From positions 1 to 43,478 of IMG/VR virus record IMGVR_UViG_3300048578_000426: 43,478 nucleotides of DNA; one strand, 5' to 3'. Positions within the stretch are counted from its first letter, which is position 1; each line of letters begins with the position of its first letter. Positions 37,301 to 43,478 of this stretch are shown in pieces. Under the pieces are notes generated by a model that made no database searches, was not told the origin of the DNA, and saw nothing but the letters and a program-made list of their open reading frames with translations. The stretch is from a virus (lineage: Duplodnaviria; Caudoviricetes). The translations under genes were made by a program, and so were the position numbers.

Positions 37301-38842
37301 ACAGCAGTCAGCACATCGACCGCACTCGGGTCACTTGCTTGCCCTAGCGTTGGAAGTTACTCGGGCAAATATGCTCTTAATTACTTTAACCTTACCACGG
37401 GTTGCTTCCGAATCGGAACAGCAGACAAGTATATATTCTTCAATGGTACAGACATCCTTTTCCAGTCGGTTAATGTCCGCCTTTCGACATCAGCCCTGGA
37501 ATCATATTGGGACAACACCGCACGATTCCAGCACGGCTATACAGTATCGAGTACAACGCATCATGGCCTCCAGTGGGATCGCTGGAATGGCTCAGCGAGT
37601 TATGGCGAGCGCATCGCCATAGTCGGCTACCTCGACACTAACCTCTCAGCGAGTACTGGAAACGCTGACCTCCTCAAGATCAGGATGGAAGGTAATGATA
37701 TCATCGGAGTGACTGCGGGAGCCGCGCTTAATGTTAAAGGAACATTCGCAATCTCCAGTGCTGGCACGGTTGCTACCCTTACGAAATCGCTTACGCTGAG
37801 TGCCACTGGTTCTGGAGTAGGTTATATCGGTGTTGATAGCGACCCTGACACCGTTCAATTATCCAATGGTTCCGTGCAGGTTAATGGGACACTTACGATA
37901 GTTGGGTCTGAATCGAATGCAATAACGTCGGTGCGAAATGATGCTGGCGCAATAACAACAAACACACCGTCAGCTTTGGCGGCAATAAGACACGCATTAG
38001 TATTTAATTGGTATGATACTCAATGGCAGGTAGGGAATATCAGAGGTGCAGGCTCTGACACTCAAGGATTCGGAATAACTTTCGGGAACGCTAATCTCCG
38101 TTGGCGCGTAACGAATGGTACGACATATGACTACAATTCGCTGATACTTAGCGGCGGTCTTTCTGTCGGTACGAATAATTCGGTAAACGCTGCAATTGAA
38201 CTTGGCTCGGGCGGAACAGCAACTACTCCATACCTTGATTTCCATTCATCTGGAACAGGGAATGATTACGATGCAAGGATATTGGCGTCTGGGGGATCGT
38301 CGGCAGTAGGTCAGGGAGCACTAACTATATATGCAAAGGGCGGGGCTGAGTTCACCGGGGCGGTTCAAGTTGATGGGACGCTAGCTTGCTCGCATAACAT
38401 CTATGTATCGGAATGGGTAGTCGCTAATTATGGTTTATTCCCTGGCTGCAATGGAGTACAGCAGACATCCGTCGCTTTACTGGGGACTTCATCTGGACTG
38501 ACTGTAGATGGAAGCCTTGCAGTCAAGGGAGAGTTCACTTCAAACGGAAGGATGAATGCGCGTTGTGGTATGCATACGAACCTTATCAATACAGGAAGCG
38601 CACTCACGCAAAATGATTTGTATCAAATGCTTTCTGGTTATGTGCCAACCATTGGGCAAGATTATGGAATTGCCGCAAGTGGTGGAGCTAATGGGTGGTA
38701 TGTTCAGTACATTTATAGAACTACAAGTACTCAAATAATACTACTAATTTACAATTTAGTTAATTATACCCTTGATGGAATTACTTGTTCGGCAGGTAAT
38801 AGCTCTCTGGTTTTTAACAGCGGACTGAGATTGTGTTTTTAA
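34310..38842 (+). CDS. Tail fibre / receptor-binding protein (1510 aa, mosaic)
   Basis: FN3-like domains, duplicated module, 10-aa AGA(V/I)TxxK(L/I) repeats, CBM-like domain, fibre motif IELG..TPYLDFHSS..DYDARI. Confidence 0.8.
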   Translation: MSATTLQDYADQELVVRRVTSLEGSDGTAELENKTKLDVALGIATSVSASYQGLILAIISDGVVSIAEKPQLLQKWNEIVAEYPIVRKRAIDIGIKTDDADIFAYAKAYSDLDTYLHASPGVLSKMGENTTINPAAYQAVWNGYFSARETLLSRINSLDNVLHPHVALPVPGAISALSVRAYKDRLIISFLPPAETGNIAEKAVSYWVERSKDGGNNWERVITQTNYCEWVFNRTSDGYPTSAELGTYRVRVAAVSVYGTASQYVVSDAPDATQYGVFTPIAPSLSASVAKRTATLQIGTQANLNNADGWDVQISRNGTNWWKPNLFATSDASSWYDGAENAFLTLHDVYLTIGYLTIPLSAGLPASAQDYYFRVRARCSSPVSVSDWTTSGKLTATPTLYADIAAAQIAEANLAAGSVSLSKFASSLRPVRIVDVLPANPYTGYVVGDCVTLTTDGKLYRMTNTASAGTTGWTSAIATTDLVGDKGISTALLADLAITQAKIADGAVALAKIASGAVDMTKFASGIRPPRVVSALPASPFTGYSAGDTVVLTTDNKLYRFTGAAFTSVVATSDLAGNGGIGTGLLADLSITQAKVADAAIATAKLADDAVTTAKIAAFAVTAGEIAAGAVTTEKLYAGAVTTDRLAANAVTAAKIAANTITAAQIAADTITTACIAAGAITADELASSAVTTDKLAALAVTAATIAAGAITTEKLYAGAVTTTCLAAGAVTTEKLYAGAVTTTCLAAGAVTAAKIAADTITSGCIATGAITADELAVGAVTAAKLLIKATGKQINLDPNMEDVSAWTVDSGAFVITLDTTAPCGNNVLGPSSYACQVMDANYYPIDTSKRYRVRFWAKKTSDANGTLYADLRQYSAAGSMCATNGGRSPYGISAAAITTSWVEYSYEWLPAHAQSGVRFVRLDFLLNYSGTAGKMYIQGVRFEEEIPTVLIADGAITTAKLTALCVTAANIGVSNLDVDSSANVLNLNASLIYSGATAVSTSTALGSLACPSVGSYSGKYALNYFNLTTGCFRIGTADKYIFFNGTDILFQSVNVRLSTSALESYWDNTARFQHGYTVSSTTHHGLQWDRWNGSASYGERIAIVGYLDTNLSASTGNADLLKIRMEGNDIIGVTAGAALNVKGTFAISSAGTVATLTKSLTLSATGSGVGYIGVDSDPDTVQLSNGSVQVNGTLTIVGSESNAITSVRNDAGAITTNTPSALAAIRHALVFNWYDTQWQVGNIRGAGSDTQGFGITFGNANLRWRVTNGTTYDYNSLILSGGLSVGTNNSVNAAIELGSGGTATTPYLDFHSSGTGNDYDARILASGGSSAVGQGALTIYAKGGAEFTGAVQVDGTLACSHNIYVSEWVVANYGLFPGCNGVQQTSVALLGTSSGLTVDGSLAVKGEFTSNGRMNARCGMHTNLINTGSALTQNDLYQMLSGYVPTIGQDYGIAASGGANGWYVQYIYRTTSTQIILLIYNLVNYTLDGITCSAGNSSLVFNSGLRLCF
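36100..36665 (+). repeat. 30-bp (10-aa) degenerate tandem repeats in the tail fibre shaft
   Basis: Units such as AGAVTTEKLY, AGAVTTTCLA, ANAVTAAKIA and AGAITADELA. Confidence 0.85.
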
Positions 38843-38854
38843 TAGGAGGACGAT

Positions 38855-39049
38855 ATGGCAATGAGTACGGCGAATCAGGATGCGCTTAGAAACGCAATCA
38901 CGGCGGCGAAATTCCACGTGAGTTCAATGGAGGATACTGCCATCGGAATCACTGTTGATGGGATGCCGAAGAACGTGCAGGCAGTACGCCTCACGGTTTA
39001 TCTCGAGTCGGACAACGTGGCAGTCGCCACGAGCCAAGCTACTAACTAG
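38855..39049 (+). CDS. Small hypothetical protein after tail fibre
   Basis: Strong GGAGG RBS. Confidence 0.65.
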   Translation: MAMSTANQDALRNAITAAKFHVSSMEDTAIGITVDGMPKNVQAVRLTVYLESDNVAVATSQATN

Positions 39050-39062
39050 GAAGGAGTAGGAG

Positions 39063-39392
39063 ATGAAGTTCAACTGTATCGACAAGAACATCAACGATCT
39101 CAATGATCAGCCTCTTCGCCTCATGTCAGAAATGCTTTCCGAGATTCTCGTCTACGCCGATGGGCGGCGTGAGGTTCAGAAGCTCTACGCACTCGGCACC
39201 GGCATACGGAAAGGCGAGATCGATGTCGACGAGGCCGACATGAAGCTCATCAAGGAAGTCGTCGAAAACTTCACGAACCAGGGGAACCCTATAGCCTCAT
39301 CGCCTCTCGTGAAGGCCCAGATTCTCAACGAGATCGAGGCCCAGCAGCTCGCCGCCCGCGCTGGCGAGAACAAGAGCGAGAAGAAGAGGTAG
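39063..39392 (+). CDS. Hypothetical protein (possible fibre chaperone)
   Basis: AGGAG RBS; GEIDVDEADMKLIKEVVE motif. Confidence 0.65.
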   Translation: MKFNCIDKNINDLNDQPLRLMSEMLSEILVYADGRREVQKLYALGTGIRKGEIDVDEADMKLIKEVVENFTNQGNPIASSPLVKAQILNEIEAQQLAARAGENKSEKKR

Positions 39393-39397
39393 AGCCA

Positions 39398-39838
39398 ATG
39401 TCCGAGGCTGTCGATCCCTGGGCCAGAGAGCAGATAGGCAAGATCTGGAGCGCACATCGCGAGCTCGCCGCCGATTACTGGGGGCCGAACCGGGACAACG
39501 GCCGGCGCTCCGAGATCGCCGACAACACGCGACGAATCCAGGTGGTAGAGGGCGAGCAGACCGCCCTCCGCGGGGATCTCCGGCACTACCTCGATGCGGA
39601 GAGGGAAGAGACATGCCTCGGACTCAAGGCACTGGCCGAACACGAACAGCACCACGAAGCAGATGCAAAGGAGGAGACGGATGTGGAAGTAGCGAAAATC
39701 CAGGCAGGCGGGCAGATCGTGGCCGCGAAGGAACAGGCCCGCGGGGCCGCATGGCGCGAGTGGATCGTCCTGGCGGGCGTTGTCCTCATGGCCCTGAAGG
39801 ACTACCTCGGGCCGATTCTTTTCGGAGTAGGAAAATGA
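39398..39838 (+). CDS. Coiled-coil protein with C-terminal transmembrane segment (lysis module)
   Basis: C-terminal WIVLAGVVLMAL..ILFG; ATGA-coupled to the next gene. Confidence 0.6.
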   Translation: MSEAVDPWAREQIGKIWSAHRELAADYWGPNRDNGRRSEIADNTRRIQVVEGEQTALRGDLRHYLDAEREETCLGLKALAEHEQHHEADAKEETDVEVAKIQAGGQIVAAKEQARGAAWREWIVLAGVVLMALKDYLGPILFGVGK

Positions 39839-40251
39839 TCCAGGGAATACAGACCTTTTTCGAGGAGGCCGGGAAGGCGGCCTGTTATGCACTTTCCATC
39901 GTCAACATTGCCGAGGAGGTCCTCGGGCGTCAGGTAGATGCTTGCACCGCCCTCCTCGAGGGCGTAGCCAAAGGCTTTATTCGCTATGCCCCCTTCGAGG
40001 ATCCCGACAACTTCTTCGTAGACCGACCGGCCGAGTTCCTCGAGTACCTCACCGGCCAGAAATGGACCGTTCGGAAGGAGGCAGCGGGCTACCGGCCCGC
40101 CCAGGGCGAGTACGTCGTCATGCGCTATGAGCGGCAGGCCACGGGCATGACTATCGGACATTTCAGGCGTCCGGGGTGGGACAGCCTCGTGACATCAAAA
40201 TGCGTCCGCGAGGGGAAGCTAGTCTCCCTCCGCGTGTTCGCCAAGGCATGA
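39835..40251 (+). CDS. DUF261-like putative Cys-His-Asp peptidase; candidate endolysin
   Basis: IQT..AACYALS..GHF..WDSL..G..S.RVF pattern; located between membrane proteins of the lysis cassette. Confidence 0.55.
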   Translation: MIQGIQTFFEEAGKAACYALSIVNIAEEVLGRQVDACTALLEGVAKGFIRYAPFEDPDNFFVDRPAEFLEYLTGQKWTVRKEAAGYRPAQGEYVVMRYERQATGMTIGHFRRPGWDSLVTSKCVREGKLVSLRVFAKA

Positions 40252-40265
40252 AAGGAGAGAAGGGG

Positions 40266-40541
40266 ATGGAATTCGTTCAGTGGGTAACCTGGCTCGCCGG
40301 GGCTGTAGCGGTCGTCGGCGTCCTCCAGTGGATAAAGGGCCTTGCTCCGAAGGCCCCCTCTTGGGCCTGGAGCGTGGCAATGGTGGCGCTGTCGATCGCG
40401 GCGGCCTTCGCCGCGGGAGGCCCGCGGCCGTGGTTCGACGCTCTCGGCATCGCCGCGATCAGCCAGCTTGGATACGAGCTCATTATCCAGGTTGTGCGGA
40501 AGAAGATCGCCGGAGTCACGGCGGGCTCGAATGAAGGTTAA
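40266..40541 (+). CDS. Putative holin
   Basis: About 91 aa, 2-3 hydrophobic segments, basic C terminus (VRKK); AGGAG RBS. Confidence 0.7.
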   Translation: MEFVQWVTWLAGAVAVVGVLQWIKGLAPKAPSWAWSVAMVALSIAAAFAAGGPRPWFDALGIAAISQLGYELIIQVVRKKIAGVTAGSNEG

Positions 40542-40887
40542 GCAGTTCTTCGCGGGGCTCCTCGCGGGCCTCGCGGCGGCCGGCGCCGCGATCGTGGCCG
40601 TGCTCGCCGCCCTGAACCGGGACGCCCGGGACAGATACCAGATCACCGAGGAGGTCCACAATGAGATCGAGCAACGCGCCCAGGCCGCGGCGGACGAGAA
40701 GAAAGCCGAGGTCATGGCTGCCAGTCCTCATGATGTTGTTGCTAGCCTGCCCACTGACGCTCAGGGCGCAATCGACAGCATCGAGCGCACAGCAGTCAAC
40801 TCTGCCCTCGCTCGAGCACGGGAGCTCTCCCGTGCTCATGCTGACGGAGGCGGAGCTCGAGAGCCTGGTCAGCCAGGCAGTGCATGA
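40531..40887 (+). CDS. Putative i-spanin-like protein
   Basis: N-terminal TM (FFAGLLAGLAAAGAAIVAVLAAL) followed by Ala-rich helices; follows the holin. Confidence 0.5.
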   Translation: MKVKQFFAGLLAGLAAAGAAIVAVLAALNRDARDRYQITEEVHNEIEQRAQAAADEKKAEVMAASPHDVVASLPTDAQGAIDSIERTAVNSALARARELSRAHADGGGAREPGQPGSA

Positions 40888-41101
40888 GGCCGTCGAGAAA
40901 GCGGTCCAGGTGGCGGTGGCAGAGGAGCGGGCGAACACACAACAGACGCTGGTTGAGCGGGACGGGTATCGTGACCTGGCAGCCTCGGCGAACGAGGCCG
41001 CGAAACAGGCACAGTCCGCAGTATCGTTCTGGCGGCCTTGCGCGGTCGGTGCCGCGGTGGTCGCGGTCATCGCCATAGGTTTGAATTTTATCCCGCGATA
41101 G
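40730..41101 (+). CDS. Overlapping membrane/exported protein, possible spanin partner
   Basis: Overlaps the previous ORF in another frame; MMLLLAC start, coiled coil, C-terminal TM; ends just before a terminator; true start uncertain. Confidence 0.45.
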   Translation: MMLLLACPLTLRAQSTASSAQQSTLPSLEHGSSPVLMLTEAELESLVSQAVHEAVEKAVQVAVAEERANTQQTLVERDGYRDLAASANEAAKQAQSAVSFWRPCAVGAAVVAVIAIGLNFIPR

Positions 41102-41139
41102 GTTTGCCGATAATAGGGGCGAGAGCTTTACCGAAAGCG

Positions 41140-41179
41140 AAGGCCCGCGGGGTTGGTTGCCCGCGGGCCTTTCCTTTTT
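41140..41179 (+). terminator. Rho-independent terminator of the late operon
   Basis: AAGGCCCGCGGG / CCCGCGGGCCTT stem followed by TCCTTTTT. Confidence 0.8.
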
Positions 41180-41326
41180 CATGCTTCGGATTATTCTGTC
41201 ATTGACTGTGTCACTGCTTGTTGGTGGGACACCAATTTGTCTATTTGTTTCGTAGCATTTGACATTAGGTGTCAGCCTTTGTTAGCATATGGTCAATATT
41301 TGGCTCTAGAAATTATGGAATCGCCC

Positions 41327-41369
41327 CTGTTAACCACTGGGTCCCTGGTTCGAACCCGGGCGGGGGAGC
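41327..41369 (+). repeat. attR core of the prophage, also the left boundary of a second element
   Basis: Exact copy of 2352-2394. Confidence 0.95.
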
Positions 41370-41397
41370 AAGTTAAGTTCTTACTAGATAAGGTGAT

Positions 41398-41432
41398 AGG
41401 CCCTGGCGATGTCCAGGGCCTTTTGCTTTTTT
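41398..41432 (+). terminator. Terminator after the tRNA 3' fragment (second element)
   Basis: AGGCCCTGG-CGATGT-CCAGGGCCT followed by TTTGCTTTTTT. Confidence 0.75.
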
Positions 41433-41439
41433 CAGGCCC

Positions 41440-41460
41440 ACTGGTCGCAAACTGGTCGCA
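41440..41460 (+). repeat. Two ACTGGTCGCA repeats at 11-bp period; putative arm-type sites of the second integrase
   Basis: Copies at 41440 and 41451, just before the second int start. Confidence 0.55.
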
Positions 41461-41476
41461 GATGTGGGGGGACAAC

Positions 41477-42754
41477 ATGGGAGTCAAGAAGAAGTATCCG
41501 GAACCGTATCGCCGGTCGGACAGCAAGATCTACTACTTCATCTATCTCGGGAAGGATGGCAGGCGCCGCAAGGTGAGCACCGGACTCACGGCCAAGGAGG
41601 AGGCACGGCGCTTCATCCATTCCTTCATCGATGAGCAGAGCGCGGAGGCCACCACTTTAACCTTCGCCGAGTACGCCGCTCCCTACTTCAAGTCCGAGAC
41701 CTGCCCTCACTTCATCCGCTATCGCCAAGAGGGAAAGAGCATCGGCCTCAATCACCTCAGCCAGTGTCGCTCCCTCCTCGACAAGCACGTTCTCAAGGAC
41801 CCGGCCTTCTCCCGGCTCGCCATGAACAAGATCAAGCGAGGTGATCTCCTCGACCTCCGGCGCCGGCTGCAGGCGGGCGGCCTGGGCGTCAACTCCCTCA
41901 ACAAGTGCATCTCCACGGTCAAGACGATTCTCTCTGAGGCCTGCTTTCGTGGGGATATCGAGAACAATCCAGGATCCATGGTGGGGAACATCAAGTACGA
42001 GCGCCAGGAGCGCGGCGTCCTCAACCCCGAGGAAGTTGGCCGCTTCCTCTCCTTCCTGAGCGAGCGCACCGCCCGCATCAAAACCGAGGCTCGAGAAGCC
42101 GCGGCGATCAAGAAAGGAGCCAAGGAATCCCGTCGCTCCCTCGATGCGCTCCAGGCCGTCAGGGATGAAGCTCTCATCGCCGTCCTTTTCTGCTCGGGCA
42201 TGCGGGCGGGGGAGCTCCGTGCCCTCCGCTGGTCCTCCGTCGACCTCAAGACCGGTCGCTGCAAGATCATCGAGGCCGACAAAGGCAAGGACGGTATTGG
42301 AAAGCCCAAGTGGGGCAAGACGCGGGAGATTGTCCTCGCCAAGCTCGCCCTGGACCGACTCAAGGCCTGGAAGGAAAGCCTGCCCTACGAAGCCCCCGGA
42401 GATTACTTTATCTTCGGAACCAGCCTTGGGAAGGGGCTTGGCTACGAAGGGCTCCATAATGTTCTCGAGGACTGCATCAAGGAGGCGAGGACGGACAAGG
42501 TCATTCCCGACGACGATCGCTGGGTCTCGCCCCATGCCGCCCGCCACACCCTCAACACGAACCTCCTGGCTGCCGGAGTCGCGCCGCTCCTCGTCCAGAG
42601 CTTCCTTGGCTGGTCGAGCGCCGAGGCGAGGATTCTCACGCGGGTGCAGGCCGTCTACACCCACTTCCAGTTGCTCCGGGTCGATGATGTTGCGAAGGCG
42701 GTGGACCTGATGTACGCTCTTCCTAAGAAGAAACCTGCGACCAAAGCAGGGTGA
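41477..42754 (+). CDS. int: Tyrosine recombinase / integrase of the second element
   Basis: SGMRAGE, KPK, HAARH, LGW and VY motifs; N-terminal YYF..RRKVSTG; real start likely ATG 41477 rather than 41153. Confidence 0.92.
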   Translation: MGVKKKYPEPYRRSDSKIYYFIYLGKDGRRRKVSTGLTAKEEARRFIHSFIDEQSAEATTLTFAEYAAPYFKSETCPHFIRYRQEGKSIGLNHLSQCRSLLDKHVLKDPAFSRLAMNKIKRGDLLDLRRRLQAGGLGVNSLNKCISTVKTILSEACFRGDIENNPGSMVGNIKYERQERGVLNPEEVGRFLSFLSERTARIKTEAREAAAIKKGAKESRRSLDALQAVRDEALIAVLFCSGMRAGELRALRWSSVDLKTGRCKIIEADKGKDGIGKPKWGKTREIVLAKLALDRLKAWKESLPYEAPGDYFIFGTSLGKGLGYEGLHNVLEDCIKEARTDKVIPDDDRWVSPHAARHTLNTNLLAAGVAPLLVQSFLGWSSAEARILTRVQAVYTHFQLLRVDDVAKAVDLMYALPKKKPATKAG

Positions 42755-42779
42755 CCCCAGGTCAAAACAGGATCAAGCG

Positions 42780-43478
42780 ATGCCAAAGCCCAAGAAGAAA
42801 CGGACCTCCAACGCTGTCTCTCCAATTGCCGCGCGAGATACGGGCCAACTGCCCCAGGGCGGGGTATTCGGGTCGACAATACTCCCCCGGCTGACTACCC
42901 CCGAAGAGCGCGAAGCCTTCGAATTGCCGGACCTCGAACCCATTGTCGCCAAGCTGAGGAAGGATCTGGCCGGAGCGCCCAATAGCGAGTATCGCCTCGA
43001 ATTATATCGTCTAACTTTGCTCAGGCTCGAGACCATCCGGGACAAAGGAGCCAGGCAATATCAAAGACTCATGGCTGGGGGTGAGCTCGTAAACCCCGAG
43101 GATTTGGACCCCTATGCGGAGAGACTGCTTGATATCATCGCCGGGTTGTCCATCGAGCGGGATCGCCTATATCTGGAGGCTCGAGTCATGCAAGCTCCTA
43201 AGGCCGAGATCTCCAATCCGAGTTTCTTGCCACCTAAAGAGCCTACCCCGGTCGCAGTTCTTCAATTTGCGGCAAGCTCTTCTCCGGTGCCTGATCCAAT
43301 GTCCCTTAAGGACCTTGCAATCTACCTTAACTACAAGCGCCAATGGCTCTACCAAAACTGGAGGACCTTGGATATCCCATATTTCGAGGAAGGACGTCAG
43401 CCCCGCTTTCGCAAGACGAGCGTCGACAAATGGATCGAGGAACGGGAGAAGGCGGGGAAGGGGAAGGGGAAGGCATGA
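42780..43478 (+). CDS. Protein with C-terminal excisionase-like HTH domain
   Basis: MSLKDLAIYLNYKRQWLY...IPY...RFRKTSVDKWI matches the HTH_17/Xis pattern. Confidence 0.7.
   Translation: MPKPKKKRTSNAVSPIAARDTGQLPQGGVFGSTILPRLTTPEEREAFELPDLEPIVAKLRKDLAGAPNSEYRLELYRLTLLRLETIRDKGARQYQRLMAGGELVNPEDLDPYAERLLDIIAGLSIERDRLYLEARVMQAPKAEISNPSFLPPKEPTPVAVLQFAASSSPVPDPMSLKDLAIYLNYKRQWLYQNWRTLDIPYFEEGRQPRFRKTSVDKWIEEREKAGKGKGKA

Larger units (their letters stand above)
2352..41369. mobile_element. Apparently complete temperate prophage (~39 kb, podovirus-like morphogenesis genes) integrated in tRNA-Asn
   Basis: 43-bp att repeats enclose integrase, repressor, replication, terminase, portal, capsid, tail-tubular, fibre and lysis genes in canonical order. 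Confidence 0.93.
41327..43478 (+). mobile_element. Left end of a second integrative element inserted in tandem at tRNA-Asn (truncated by the window)
   Basis: tRNA 3' fragment, terminator, phased repeats, second integrase and Xis-like gene. Confidence 0.75.

Noticed and set aside
38600-38842. Diversity-generating retroelement, suggested by the BPP-1-like gene order and a fibre ending in SGLRLCF
   Set aside because: No reverse transcriptase ORF and no second, adenine-variant copy (template repeat) of this region seen in the window
41327-41369. Second tRNA-Asn gene
   Set aside because: Only the anticodon loop to 3' end is present; the 5' half is missing, so it is the att duplication
41153-41476. 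N-terminal extension of the second integrase in the ORF track (similar extensions at 2454, 11500 and 22422)
   Set aside because: The extension crosses a terminator and attR; downstream ATGs with an RBS or stop-start coupling fit better

Overview
The window opens with a host topoisomerase IV subunit A gene (parC, 1-2247) carrying a Lys/Ala-rich tail, followed by tRNA-Asn(GTT) at 2321-2393. An apparently complete ~39 kb temperate prophage is integrated in this tRNA, bounded by a 43-bp direct repeat (attL 2352-2394, attR 41327-41369). Its gene order is: tyrosine integrase; low-GC accessory block (ParB-like/HEPN-like protein plus D12-class adenine methyltransferase, exported proteins); CI-like repressor with divergent promoters; early genes, including a DUF2829/Tad2-like fusion and an initiator with internal iterons; terminases; podovirus head/tail genes in BPP-1/epsilon15-like order; three internal virion proteins, one of 2258 aa; a mosaic 1510-aa tail fibre; and a lysis cassette without a canonical endolysin. 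A second integrative element (another integrase plus an Xis-like HTH gene) begins right after attR. The host is probably a high-GC spirochaete (inference). The most unusual signal is two structured intergenic cassettes in the early operon (about 11390-11660 and 14195-14531). Both contain tRNA-shaped folds with good acceptor and T arms but no normal anticodon arm. All family assignments come from motif recognition by eye; no searches were run.
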